DNA of 63,941 bases, counting the filler, from Hyphochytrium catenoides (taxonomy: Eukaryota > Protista > Hyphochytriomycota): the NCBI GenBank assembly GCA_900088475.1. It is 8 parts of 8 records of this genome, joined end to end, with 100 filler letters (N's around TTAATTAATTAA, not from the genome) between each part and the next. Parts side by side here need not be neighbours in the genome. Positions count along the whole stretch, not along the records: positions 34,382 to 48,333 come from FLMG01000858.1; positions 48,434 to 50,135 come from FLMG01003370.1; positions 50,236 to 56,976 come from FLMG01003768.1; 5 more parts are not named here. The stretch is one strand, 5' to 3'. Positions 38,364-51,343 of this stretch are shown in pieces (position 1 is the first letter of the stretch; every line of letters starts with the position of its first letter). The notes under the pieces were generated by a model, which saw nothing but the letters and a program-made list of their open reading frames with translations, had not been told where the DNA came from and searched no databases. A program made the translations under genes and the position numbers.

Positions 38364-39509
38364 ATTGTCAAAAGTGATTCTGTGTACACCAGTAACAGGA
38401 GGCTTCGTACTAGGCAGCACAAACTATGTCAAAGAAAGGCAATGCGGAGTCTGTGTGGCGGTCTCTGGAATAGAATCAGGGCTGGAAGCTAAATCATTCT
38501 GCACGGGCTGGGGAATCCGAATTCTCGATCTGCAATTCGGAGGCTCCAAATGACCTTTTGAAAGGATCAATTCGCTCGACAAAATTGAAAGCCGCGCGGG
38601 ATGCTAAGACAGAGAAGAGAGAGGAGAGAGGAGAGAGGAGAGAGAAAGCGGGTGTTGTACTGTGACAGAGAGAGATGAGGGGAGAGAGAGAGATTGGGGA
38701 GGCCGTTTGTTCTCTGTATGGGAGACTATGCCAGAGAGAGAGAGGAGAGGGCATGGAACACTTCCAGAGCGCCGCCATTTCACCAGAGACAAAAAGCGGT
38801 GAGAGAGGGAAAGGAAGAGACCAAGGAAGGTGACGGTGGGTGGGGGTTGGACTGATGTCTGGTCGCTCATAGCGAAAGCATACAGTACTGGGAGCAGATC
38901 GGCCTATTTTCTGGAGGCCAAGTGTTGCTTGCCCTACAGCGCCCATCCATCTCCAGTGCGTATTTGTAGCTGAAGCGAGGCTAAGAGACAGAGGGAATGC
39001 ATGGAGAAAGCAGTTTATGGCGCAGAGCCAGAGCCATAGTACATTATTTGAGAGCTGTTGACTCTCATCAAACAGAACAATAGGATTCCACGACTTTTTG
39101 AAGGGTTCAAATGGATATTGAATAAGCACGGTTAGGTACCTGAATAGGTATGAATACAGAATACAGATTACAGATTCTAAAGATCTCTCTCAGCTACTGT
39201 ATAAACTCAGCCCTTTGGTTACTTCATCTCTGGTTATCTCTTCTGTATAAGCTGAAGAAGGAGAAGAGGAGAAGAAAGAACAACGATGGTAAGAGCAACA
39301 GAGGCGCCGCACTGTGAATCTTACTTCCTGATCAGCCTTGATGCAGAGCTCTCGTCTCCTCCCACCTCCCCATCATCGTCGCTTCATCGCTTCATCACTT
39401 CATCGGCAGGGTTCACTTCCCTGGACGAGGTCATCTCAAGCACCATTATAAAGCAGTGGAGCTGCCCTCCCCTGCTCTGTGGTAGAGCGTACGAGTTTAT
39501 TAACGGCCC

Positions 39510-41398
<1,889 letters not shown>

Positions 41399-42114
41399 GA
41401 GAGACACAGAAGCTTGGTAGTATCCTGNNNNNNNNNNNNNNNNNNNNNNNNNNNNTGTTCTGAGGTCCACTCCACTCGGCAAGAACCTAATTGTCTTACG
41501 TGCCTCAACAACTCTACAGCAATATCGCAATTCCTTTACTCCGTCAGCAGCTGTGCTCCACCACAGTGTAAAGGCCCAACTCCATGGCCTGTAAGGAAGG
41601 CCTAGATGTAATGAAGATTGACACCCAGTTTTTCGCCACCACATGCCCCGTGCTCCAGAAGCGTCACCATCCATCTGGCACATGCCTCTTCGTGAACGAC
41701 CCCTTGTAGATTCAGCTGGCCCAGTCGACATTTAGAAAGTTCAGTGTCCAAACATCAGAAAAAAAGCCTACTACCACGAACATCGCTTGGGCAGCTCAAA
41801 GCAATAGCACTGCCCAGAAAAGCATACCGGCCGGCACCAAGCCTCCATCAGTAGGCTGGCCTTCGGGAAAGTGTAAGGATGATGGGGAGAAATGACAAAA
41901 GGTGATGGTAGTGAGGCGAAAGGTCTAGAACTACTGTTCTCCCAGCTTGCTTCACTAAGACTAGAACAAGAAGGAGATCAAAAGGGGACCAACCTAAAGT
42001 TCTCTGTCCCCTAACTGCGTCTACGGTGGTGCTTCCTTAGCAAATGCTACTGCTGATTGAGGGACAGCCACATACCTTCAATCGTCACAATCTCTGCCTT
42101 AACGGACACCATTA

Positions 42115-42816
42115 GTGTTATATGTATATCTCCTCAGACTATCAACCAACTCCCACCAACAGATAGAGAAGGATGGACTGCCCTCGGGCGTAGCAGACAC
42201 GCTCGAGAACATCAGAGTATCGCTTCTCGTCGCCCAGGACCGTCTGGACGATAGCCAGGATTACATGGAGGCGCTTCACAACCCGCACCGCACGGTATTG
42301 CAGTTCAAGGTGGGAGACAAGGTCATGTTAGCTACCGACTATAACCTGGACGAAGTGGATCGGCTTCGGCCCAAAACGAAGCTGCTGCCGCGGTACAGAG
42401 GACCCTACAAGGTGCTAGCAGCTAAGGAGTTTGATACATACACATTGGATTTGCCTCCGGCGATGGCGAGACAACACCCAGACTTCCATGTCAGCCTGTT
42501 GAAGCCCTCCTATCACCCGAACCCGAAGGAGTTTGCTTCTCGAACGCCTCCAACCCCATCTCCGGTAGTGGAGCCTGCCACCCAAGCCCTAGTGTGCGAA
42601 GCGGAAGAGCTGTTGGACATACGTCTCACTAGGACCGGCGTCGAGTACCTGGTTAAATGGAAAGGCTTTGATTTGGCGGAGGCCTCTTGGGTGCCTGAAT
42701 ACGATGTAGGAAAACCATTGACAGATGCTTTCAACGCCAAGTCGAAGAGCGCGACCACCACCCCACCGCCTCGGCGGTCGACGAGAGCAAAACGGGGCAC
42801 AAGACGGAGAGTCTAG
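42115..42816 (+). CDS. Retroelement integrase C-terminus (GPY/F) plus chromodomain; open remnant
   Basis: FKVGDKVML..KLLPRYRGPYKV..HPDFHVSLLKP and EYLVKWKGFDLAEASWVP. Confidence 0.9.
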   Translation: MLYVYLLRLSTNSHQQIEKDGLPSGVADTLENIRVSLLVAQDRLDDSQDYMEALHNPHRTVLQFKVGDKVMLATDYNLDEVDRLRPKTKLLPRYRGPYKVLAAKEFDTYTLDLPPAMARQHPDFHVSLLKPSYHPNPKEFASRTPPTPSPVVEPATQALVCEAEELLDIRLTRTGVEYLVKWKGFDLAEASWVPEYDVGKPLTDAFNAKSKSATTTPPPRRSTRAKRGTRRRV

Positions 42817-43350
42817 GCAGCAGACACGATAGTCAAGCTTCTTCACTGAGCCAAGATTTTTAAAGGGGAAGGGTGTTAATATATGTATATCTCCTCAGAC
42901 GGCTGCTATCGCTCTGGACCCGACCGGTGTATGGGATGGGACCTCTTCTCTTTGAGAGCACTATCAGGACGGGTAGTCCCGACTAGAGTCAGCAACGAAT
43001 GGCTCTGACGAAGGATGCACTCTTCCTTTTCCCTTTCTTCTGTCTCTCTTTCTCTTTGCATGTTATTAGATAATAATAGCCTGTTGACACTACTTCTCTT
43101 GCATGTTACTCGTTTATCCTTGCATTCTCAGGTAGACTGACTCTCTCGCAAGGGAGACTCCCTCTTACCCTCTATATGCCAGTAAATAAACTTCTTTCTG
43201 CAGTAGAAGACTCTTTGCTACTTGCGTGTGTTCCCGCGAAGTCTCCCTCTGCGTGGTGCTTGTCTGAACTGAGGCCTGGCCAGCCGAGGTACTGACAGAG
43301 CCCTTCTCTTACTCGCTCTCTTGAGATCTGCATCAGTTTCTCATATTACA
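42116..43350 (+). mobile_element. Internally deleted Ty3/gypsy chromovirus with intact ends
   Basis: 5-bp TSD ATTAG at 42111-42115 and 43351-43355. The 24-bp 5' LTR stub TGTTATATGTATATCTCCTCAGAC matches the start of the 3' LTR (42874-43350, TG...CA). PPT AAAGGGGAAGGG. The integrase tail and chromodomain lie between the ends. Confidence 0.92.
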
Positions 43351-43948
43351 ATTAGTGCAATTGGTTACTCCTTTCCCGATCTTCATCATCTTAGATCTTG
43401 ATTAGCGGACGGGTCTCGTCGTCGCTCGCTAATAATTCTTGAGAGCAAAGAGGAGATACCTAGATGACTGGATGGTGTTAAATCATCATGGTGCATTAAG
43501 TCATGGTATTCGTTGCACCCAACAATAAAACAATCTACTGCTAATATGAACCGACTCGACTTAAGTGCACCGACAGCCAGCGCCCCCCAAAAGCACATTC
43601 TCGTGCAAGGTGGCACAACTTTTCCCGGGACGCAGACTCCACCACTCTCAATGCTTTCTAAGCTTCTTCATCACCTCTGTTCTAGATCGATGCATCCACG
43701 AAAGCACCAGCAGCGGGAAGGAACATTGATAGATTGTTGCCAGATTATAAAAGGAGCTAAACCACCGGACACCTGAAAAGTGCCGCAAGGTCTGTGTTGT
43801 TTCTCTTCATCCTTCGTCCCTGTTTTCTCTTGCACATCGCCCCACCAGCTCCATATCTATCCTCTTTAAACCTCCCTATAATGGTGGACGCGGTAGCGGT
43901 CGACCTCAAACTCTAGAGGACCGAGCCCCAAAGGTACACTATGCTAAT

Positions 43949-44271
43949 CGTTGAATGTGTATGGGATCATTGGACAATGTCATTAGATGAGAGTGCTCTC
44001 TTATAAGCCCAGCTGGGGTCCCACAATCTAGAGCTATTCTGACTATGCCAACTATTCCTAATTAAGTCTAATATATGGAGTTATAGACATATCCCTATCT
44101 AGAATAGTCAGTCCTGAAGGTATTCCGGGGTACTGACCATAAGCCATAGATATAAACAGGGACATTTCGCTTGCTTCATATCTCGGCTTCTAGTGGGACT
44201 TTGGAGCTGAAACTTGGGTAGTCAAGCTTTCCAGCTTGTAGTCCACATAGCTGTGCCCTCAGACTCCAAGA
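43949..44271 (+). mobile_element. Older solo LTR, family C
   Basis: Collinear with 63444-63767 over its whole length; the termini have decayed (CGTTGAA...TCCAAGA). Confidence 0.8.
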
Positions 44272-44438
44272 TTAAAAATTTTCCCGAACGAACGTACAAG
44301 ACTTTTCTCCACTATATTCAGACCGCCCCCAATATCAAAATCGAAGTGCTCACCATCAGTTCTCCGAAATCTAACATGCTGTAAGTTCCGAGCGATATAG
44401 AGCCTACAGAATTCTTCCCTAGAATCCGGGGAAGTGTT

Positions 44439-47347
44439 TGATGAAGTTTACAGAGCTGGATGGCAATGCCTGATGCTTCTGTACGAGCACAATCTTGAGG
44501 AAACGATAGCAAAGGGACTGGGTATTGAAATATGATTGAGATTTCTCTGAATGACTGAGTCATGAGTCTCTCTGGTCTGCTCTCAAGGTCTTTAGCTCGG
44601 CCCAGGTTCCCTCATCTTCTCTCTCTCCTGTGCTCCAGCGTTCTTCTGGAACTCTTCTCACATCTCTCTTTTCCCATAGCACAGGTGTATCCGTAACGTC
44701 TATGTCCCTGAGAGCTAGGTGTGTATAGAGAGTGACTACTGTACCACTGACAACGAACCTCAACACTCCCCCTCATACCTAGCTTCTCTGGACCATCAGT
44801 GGTGACGACGGTCGAATTAACTCATCTAATTGTCGGTCTCACTCTCTCCCCCTCAGACGAAGCTAGGTGGGTAGTGGCAAGAGTACTGATACTAGGAAGG
44901 AGCACTCCAAGGTGAGGACGCATTGTCCAAAAGCGAGGAGCAGGTAAATGCTTGGTGAGGCCATCGGCTACCATAGCTGCAGGGAGAGTATAGACCAGCT
45001 TAATTCTCTCATTGGCTACCTTCTCTTGCAGGACACAGTGCTTGACATACAAAGTCTTTGACTTTGGTCGTGAAGAGGAGCAGAGGACAATCGCTCTCTA
45101 ATTGTCCTGCTTAATAGGAATGGGCAGCTGGTTGGAGAGAGCGTGGTAAGGCTTACGAGTTAGCTTCGCAAGAATGCAGGTCTGTACACTCTCAGGAAGT
45201 TCCGAAGAAGGTAGAGTATCCTGAGAGTGTACAGAGCTAGACACTCTTCTCTGTTCATCAGCCATAATACGATCGATGACCTCATCTGCAGCCAGAGAGG
45301 AAGTCCCTAGGACGTACAGGTGGCTCACTATAGAGTCAAAGGACGGAGGGAGGCTTTGGAGAATTGAGAGATCAGGATTGTCTCATAGACGTCCTGCTGG
45401 TCCTCTTTCTTGTTTCTCCTTTCGAAGATATTCTTTAGAGCGTCTGTCCTCTGTTTCAGGGTGGTCAGGTGGGATATCAGAGAGGTGGTGCCTCCAGAAT
45501 CAAACCTTGAGATGTTGACCTCCTGAAGACGCCTGAGGACGTTGTCCCCTTCCTCTCCATCCATCTGCTCCCCTGCAGTTTGAGCCATCCCGCGTACGCT
45601 GATTCTTGCCCTTCCAGCAGCGACAGGAGCTCATCAGAAACTAGGGGACCAGCTTGTTGAACGTCTTCCGATCATTCTTCTTCCAGTTCTTCTTGCTTGT
45701 CTCTGTGAAATCCTTACTGGTGAGCGGGTCTTTAGCGTCAGCCAGCAGTGTCTGACTCTCATCCTCGATGTGAACGAAGAGGTCTAACTCATCCAGGTAA
45801 CTTCGGACCCGGCTTGACCAGATAGAATACTGGTCCTTGCTGTGTAGAACAGCGATATTGTGGGATGAACTCCGCCTTCCTTTGATGTCATTGTATGCGA
45901 CAGGTCGTCACTCTAGCGGCTTAAGTGAGAAGAGGGAGAAGCAAGAGTCACGACTAACTGTGAGTGTGGGCCAAACATGACCTGATGAAGCTCTCCGCGG
46001 CGTGCGCATCCAGCCCGTCATATAACGCCGGTGACCGAACAAATCTTCCTCAACAGTGTTCGGGCCGATAAAGAGAGTCTCCTCCTCTTCGTCCGAGGAG
46101 ATGTCTGAGGAGCACGCGAGGAAGAGAGAGAGAGAGAGACAGAACGAGACGAAGAGTGACAGAGCGAAGGAGATAAAGAAAAGAAGAAGGAGAAAAGGAC
46201 GCCTTCTTTCGTTGGTGCGGGGGCTATGAATATGAAACCCGATCGTGACGCAGAGCAGAAGCGGAAGGGAAGAAGAGGAAAATGGGAAGGAGGTATCAGG
46301 TGTGAAAGGTTGTCTGTTAGACCTTCTGGCTTTACAAATGATTTGCAGGGTCACAGAAACGAACCTGCTGCCTTTATCTTCTATCCCTCTCTTCTCTCTC
46401 TATCCCTCTCTTTTCTCTCTCTCTCTCTCTCTCTTTCTTTCTTTTGCCTTTGCCATTACTTCCATCGCCTCTGTCTGCCTCCTCATCACTCCCCTAGTTC
46501 CCTTATCATCTTTCCTCCCTAACCCGCACCGCTTCTCTCTCATCGGCTCGCTCGGGGCCGCAGAACTCTGATGCCGGCACGATGTCTCCCTTTGAGCATG
46601 GAGAAGTGTTTGTCCTGGACGACGGAGGAGAGGTAAACCGTCCGCTGCCAACTCTCATGTCTACCGCCGTCTCCCCTTCACTTCGTGTCCCACCCCTTTT
46701 TTCTCTCGCTCTTCTCTCACTTTTTCTCTCTCTCTCTTCCTCTGTGCTTACTCTCTTCGCTCTCCCTCTCAACTCCTTGATGGCAGACTCTTAACTCTCT
46801 GGCTTCTTCTGCCGTTCTTGCTCTCGTTTCTCGTCCATAATTCTCACTCTTCTTCCTCTCGTCTGTGGGGCTTTCCTCCTTTCCCTCTCCTCTGCAGACC
46901 TAGCTCTCTAACTTCCTCCTCCCGTCTATCTATCTCTCACCCGTGCATACACCACACCACGACTATCGCCAGTTGTCCCCGCCAGCGTCAAGTACGGCAG
47001 AAGTTCCCCAGGAGTTAAGTACAGAGCCGGATGGCAATGCCTGATGCTTCTGTATGAGCACAATCTAGATGAAACGATAGCAAAGGGACTGGGTATTGAT
47101 ATATGATTGAGATTTCTCTGAATGACTGAGTCATGAGTCTCTGTGGTCTGCTCTCAAGGTCTTTAGCTCGGCCCAGGTTCCCTCATCTTCTCTCTCTCCT
47201 GTGCTCCAGCGTTCTTCTGGAACTCTTCTCACATCCCTCTCTTTCCCATAACACAGGTGTACCCGTAAGCGTCTATGTCCCTGAGAGCTAGGTGTGTATA
47301 GAGAGTGACTACTGTACTACTGACTTCGAACGTTGTAGCGCTCAATA
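44439..47347 (-). mobile_element. Non-autonomous, internally deleted Ty1/Copia element (LTR family A)
   Basis: TSD GTGTT at 44434-44438 and 47348-47352. 3' LTR at 44439-44765, preceded on the minus strand by PPT GAGGGGGAG. 5' LTR split into 45983-45990 and ~47015-47347. Degenerate PBS at 45967-45982. Internal remnants: gag (YSIWSSRVRSYL), pre-integrase (CILAKLTRKP) and RNase H tail (KQDN..MVADGLTK). Confidence 0.9.
46564..46632 (+). pseudogene. CTPS: Isolated CTP synthase exon inside an insert in the Copia LTR
   Basis: An AG/GT-bounded 69-nt exon encoding [23 protein letters not shown], the highly conserved CTP synthase motif. No complete gene surrounds it. Confidence 0.88.
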
Positions 47348-47348
47348 G

Positions 47349-47540
47349 TGTTGAACTGTGATGTCGCAAGAGTGAAAGGAGTGTACAGCGGACGACGCAG
47401 AGGGGTGGGGCCTCCTGGTATATAGACCAAACGGAGATTAGTTGGTTCAAGGAGTGCGTTTGGTGATGGTGCACGCGGTAGTGCGGTCAACTTCAAACCC
47501 TATAGGACCGCGTTGAATGATACAATGCTCGTTGTAATCA
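47349..47540 (+). mobile_element. LTR family B (start disrupted by the Copia insertion)
   Basis: TGTTGAACTGTGAT..GTGTACAGCGGACGACGCAGAGGGGT is shared with 63840-63941, and the 3' part resembles 43881-43925. A purine tract GGGGAAG precedes the reconstructed empty site. Confidence 0.7.
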
Positions 47541-47541
47541 T

Positions 47542-48333
47542 TCTCTATACACACCTAGCTCTCGGAGGCATAGTCCTTACCGGTATAGACTTTGTTATGG
47601 GTGAAGAGAGATGTGAGGAGAATTTCTCTGACCTCTTCTTTGAGCAAAAGGACCTTGTTAGGAGGAGGATGGAATGAGGCGCAGATTGTTGATTAGAAGA
47701 GCACCAAGAGAGACATTTTATTAAGTGAATTCGCAGGTAATCATCATCAAGTCCTTTGTTATATTTTCATCTAGACAGAGCTTCAGACATCATCAATATC
47801 TACCTCTGCTAGTTTTTATCAGAGAATTCTATAAGTTTCGAAAATCAAACGGAATTGCGACTGTCATTTGTGGTCCCAGGACCGAATGGCTCAATCGATC
47901 CTCCTCCTAACCACTCTCTATACACACCTAATTCTCAGAGGCATAGTCGTTACCGGCATAGACTGTGTTATGGGCGAAGAGAGATGTGAGGAGAATTCCC
48001 TGACCTCTTCTTTTGACCAAAAGGACTTTGTTAGGACGAGGAGGATGGAAAGAGGCGCATATTGATCAGCAGAGCACCAAGAGAGACATTCATTCAGTCA
48101 ATTCACAGATAATCATTTTGAAGTCCCTTTCTTATATGTTCCTCTAGACAGAGCTTCTTGTTGAAGTATGGACTATCTGAGTCTTACTTTATCGAACTAA
48201 GATGTACCAGACCAACTATGATGAATTTTACAGAGATGGGTGCGTGGCAATGCCTGAAGCTTCAGTATGAGCACAATCTAGATGCAATGATAACAAAGGG
48301 ACTTGGTATTGATGTGTGTGAAGATTTCTCTGA
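47542..48333. repeat. Two tandem, inverted, diverged A-related LTR fragments plus a further A LTR copy (48219-48333)
   Basis: CTCTATACACACCTA..GGCATAGTC..GAAGAGAGATGTGAGGAG at ~47543 and ~47916 is the reverse complement of the A LTR core. TGATGAA..TGGCAATGCCTGAAGC begins at 48219. Confidence 0.75.
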
Positions 48334-48433
48334 NNNNNNNNNNNNNNNNNNNNNNNNNNNNNNNNNNNNNNNNNNNNTTAATTAATTAANNNNNNNNNNN
48401 NNNNNNNNNNNNNNNNNNNNNNNNNNNNNNNNN
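48334..48433. other. Artificial contig-joining spacer
   Basis: 44 N + TTAATTAATTAA + 44 N. Confidence 0.97.
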
Positions 48434-50010
48434 CCCCGTGCTAAGCGATGGATATGAAGAGTCCCTACCTCTGTTGCTGGCCTTCGTTAACTTCCCTTTC
48501 TTGGCTCGGAAGTGCAAGATTAAGTATGGAGGGACCCCATCCGCGTCCAATAGAATAGGATTTGCGGGAAGGCCTTGACCTTCATATTGACCTACTGTTT
48601 CAACTACCCCGTCCGTCCGCCGTCCTCGAGGAAGTACAACTCCTTCAAATGTTAGCTGCTCTATCTCGTATCTTCGGCTCATTGTGGCGTGGCATAGCAA
48701 GATCATAACCCATAACGTTAAGTTTGACATCATCCCTAACAACAGAGCTTAGCGTTACGGCAGTGCATCCAGCCAGCGCTAACGTAAGAGGAAAACAGTG
48801 CCAGTACTATAATGCTAGCGAGCTGAGACCGACCACTCTGTAGCATAGTTGATACGTACATCCCTCTTCAAGACCCTCGCTAACCTCCTCGGGAGACATC
48901 TTAAATAGCGTCCGACGGAGGCTCAAAAGATCCTGCAGGTCATAGACTTTAGCGCGTTCGACTTTTCCGCCTCTACCATACCATTCACTTCTTAGGCGCT
49001 GCTCTAGAACCTAGGGATGACGAGATTAATATATGGTGAGTGGACTCGATAGACTATTAATTGATTAAGGAGGGAAATTCATCTAATCTTGCAATTGTAA
49101 TACCTTGGTAGACTTATGATTTACGGGGTTGCGGTTGCCACAGAAATTGTGGTTCTCATGAAAGTTCCTCAGCTGAGAGAGAGCAGCCAGAAGAGAGGAT
49201 TCCTTTAAGCCCTTGCCTTTAATCTTTGCGCCTGGAGCGAAGGGTTGGTCCTTGGGCCGCATCATGTACTCTGGAGAAATGGGTATGTAATAGGCAAGGG
49301 TGTTGTGGGTGATGAGATGAAGAGGTAACAAATCAGCAGAAGCTGGTGAGACCACTATTACTTGAAGGCCTGATGCACAGAGTGAACTATATAGGATTGT
49401 GGGACTTACGCATGAATCCATGTAGTTGGTACAGTTTAAATGGCGCGTCCATTTTCTTCACGTCCACCACCTCTCCAAGAGCAATCTCACAGAAATGAAC
49501 AAACTGCTTCACATAATCTGTCTGCGTGGCGTGTTTGTGTCCCTCTTTCTGGCTTTTCTTCAGGTTCGCTTTTAGGGACCTCACTACAAGAGAATCATGG
49601 TTCCCTTGATGCTCATTACTAGCACCACCTTCCATACCAGCAGCGGAGGAGCTGACATCTGCCATGACACTATTATCGGCATCTGCTGCGTCGGCGCGCT
49701 TACGCTTCCCATTTTCCCTCTAAGAAAACGATGACTTAGTCAACTTCCTTCTCACAGCACTGTCAGGGAAGAATCAAATAGTGGTATCTGTACTTATAAC
49801 AAAAGATAAGGAAGAAGAGCTTATTGCGTCATCTGTTGGAGGACCAGGATCCATCCCGCCGGGAGAGAGCGGATGATACATGCCTCCCACCATCATCCGT
49901 ACCTGAGCATTCACCACAATGGCCTTGCGTCTGACAGTTCCTCGTGCCTTGGCACTTGAAACAAGACGCGCCGCACTGGTTTTGTTTGTTGGTCTTTCTC
50001 CGCGAGCCAT
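48434..50010 (-). mobile_element. Intron-containing tyrosine recombinase gene, Crypton-like (3' end cut by contig end)
   Basis: Five exons splice in frame through GT-AG introns: ..ESSLLAALSQLRNFH..NPVNH..AKVYDLQDLLSL..W..LWVMILLCHATMSRRYEIEQLTFEGV..DADGVPPYLILHFRAKKG. A hydrophobic helix followed by R-x-x-E-I-x-x-L fits tyrosine recombinase box I. The distal HxxR and Tyr are not in the contig. Confidence 0.65.
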
Positions 50011-50135
50011 GTACCCTCTAGTGCTTTCGCTGCTCCCGACAAGGAGATGGTGCAATAGTAAGCTGGCGACCTTGCACCAATATCAGGACACGTGCCAACT
50101 GACCGAAGCCTGCTCAGACAAGCCAGCCGCCGCCA

Positions 50136-50235
50136 NNNNNNNNNNNNNNNNNNNNNNNNNNNNNNNNNNNNNNNNNNNNTTAATTAATTAANNNNNNNNN
50201 NNNNNNNNNNNNNNNNNNNNNNNNNNNNNNNNNNN
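50136..50235. other. Artificial contig-joining spacer
   Basis: 44 N + TTAATTAATTAA + 44 N. Confidence 0.97.
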
Positions 50236-50558
50236 TCTCTCTCTCTCTCTCTCTCTCTCTCTTGCACATCAGAAAAGGATCTTGGTTGTTCGCCCATCAA
50301 ACCAGCCCATGTACCGGCGTATCTTCAGACTTCAACAGGCAGAGATGAATGATATAGACAGGAGGTCAGGTGTTCTTCCCTCCTAAGCGGCGAAGGACTA
50401 GAAGAGAAATCTTCCAAATACAAGGTGACCATGTCATACGATATTCATTATATAATAGCTCTTATTCTTCATACGACCTTTGTCCTGTGCAGATGTGATA
50501 CTCTCTCACTCTCTCTCTCTTGCTATCATGCGCTCTTTCTCTCCTCTCTTTCATGTTG

Positions 50559-50599
<41 letters not shown>

Positions 50600-50628
50600 C
50601 TTCCTCTCTCTTTCTCTCTCCCTCTCTC

Positions 50629-50659
<31 letters not shown>

Positions 50660-51343
50660 TCTTCCCCCTCTTTCTCTCTTCACTCTCTTAAGAGCTATTC
50701 CTCTCGCCCCTCTCTCTCTCTCTCTCCCCTCTCTCGCTTTCTCTCTCTCTCAGACTCTTCTCTTCTCATCATCCCCTAGTTTAGAACCTTCCCTGTTCGT
50801 TATGATCTTCCCGTTCGAAAGTCTTCCGCACTCCCCTCACTTTTCCTGCCATCTTCCCCTTGTCGTCGGAAGGTGGAGCTCGCCTTTCCTTCTCTTTCTC
50901 TTTCCTTCTTTCTCTCTCTCTCTTCTGCTCTCTCCGCTCTCTCTCTCTCAGCCTGGGTCAGTATTCCTAACCCCGGGTCCTACATCTCTCTTTCTAGCCC
51001 CTCTCCTCCAAAAAATTTGTGTATGTTCGTGTCTCTTCTCTCATGGACTTGAACCCTTCTCTCTTCTCCAGGGTCAAGCTTCTCTCTCTCAGACTTTCTC
51101 TTCTCTTCAGCGCCCCGAGCTGCTGACTCTCTTGGTCTCAACTCTTGCCTGCCCGGCAATCACTGTCTTCCCTTATTCTCTACTTTACTGACTTTCTCTT
51201 ACACTCTCTCTCTCTTTCTCTCTCCCCTCTCTCTCTATATTGTCTCTTGATTTCTCTCTCCCTCTCTTTGAACCAAAAAGTCGACGAGATAGGAGAGACA
51301 CGAGAGAAGAGAGAGAGAAAGACAGAAAGACCAAACCCTTTCG

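Noticed and set aside
45991-47014. The insert as a Helitron, MITE or piggyBac element
   Set aside because: It has no TC...CTRR ends with a hairpin and no convincing TIRs, and TTAA is present at only one end.
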